Shown here piece after piece: positions 35,611 to 35,921 of a stretch of DNA of 35,921 nucleotides. The stretch covers positions 49,524,558 to 49,560,478 of the forward strand of contig NC_068995.1 of the NCBI RefSeq assembly GCF_001194135.2, written 5' to 3'. Positions within the stretch are counted from its first letter, which is position 1; each line of letters starts with the position of its first letter. Below the pieces are notes generated by a model, which was not told the origin of the DNA, did not search any database, and was given only the letters and a program-made list of their open reading frames with translations. The position numbers were made by a program, and so were the translations under genes. The DNA is from Octopus bimaculoides (taxonomy: Eukaryota).

Positions 35611-35805
35611 TGGGAGAATATACAAAAAATAACAACAGACGAGGACAGGTGGTGTAAATAACAAAAGTATATATTAGTATGACGCTCGGGAATACGGAAA
35701 GTCTTTGACGTTTCGAGCTACGCTCTTCAACAGAAAGAATACGGAGACAAGGAGAAAAACACGGAGAAAAAAAATTGAATAGTGTTCAGTCAACGGTCAA
35801 TCATA
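35611..35805 (-). mobile_element. Penelope-like element fragment (pseudo-LTR region)
   Basis: Carries the CTGnnGAA-hairpin-GAAACGT signature typical of Penelope pLTRs; second partial copy at 15390-15450; no RT or GIY-YIG ORF seen. Confidence 0.65.
35702..35738 (-). ncRNA. Minimal type-I hammerhead ribozyme-like motif (A6U variant)
   Basis: RNA 5'-UCUUU CUGUUGA A GAGC GUA GCUC GAAAC GUC^AAAGA-3': stem I UCUUU/AAAGA, stem II GAGC/GCUC, palindromic ACGU stem III, GUC cleavage triplet. Confidence 0.6.
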
Positions 35806-35921
35806 ATAATGATTATATATATATATACACTCATGCACACACACATACATATATGCATAGATGATTTTTACTGTGTATATTTGTGTGTGTGTACAAATGT
35901 ATACACATAAACATACATGTA

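Noticed and set aside
311-35657. The many 60-340 aa ORFs rich in Y/I/V/C/M/H/T or X in the supplied track
   Set aside because: They are translations of (TA)n, (TG)n, (TATG)n and trinucleotide repeats or of N-gaps.

Overview
Repeat-dense eukaryotic genomic DNA, most likely an octopus draft assembly (inferred from the SINE/RTE families and extreme microsatellite density, not from a database hit). Twelve N-gaps, nearly all flanked by simple repeats: 583-1325, 7988-8004, 13621-13910, 16079-16235, 17745-18443, 19665-20236, 24565-24920, 28197-28468, 29571-29974, 33507-33545, ~34126-34134 and 34682-35008. I recognise no intact host protein-coding gene; almost all ORFs in the supplied track are microsatellite or gap artefacts. 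Supported content: two decayed mariner elements (one a head-to-head foldback of two 5' ends), at least three tRNA-derived SINE families (two copies with clear target-site duplications), RTE-LINE 3' fragments, hAT-like MITEs and two Penelope-like fragments. The best second-look items are: a complete minimal hammerhead-ribozyme fold with an A6U core variant (35702-35738, minus); a minisatellite carrying six perfect ACCGGAAGT ETS sites; the foldback mariner; a SINE inserted inside a mariner transposase; and several plus-strand candidate exons, including a 27-nt microexon, that may belong to an unrecognised gene. None of this establishes a new biological system without the checks listed.
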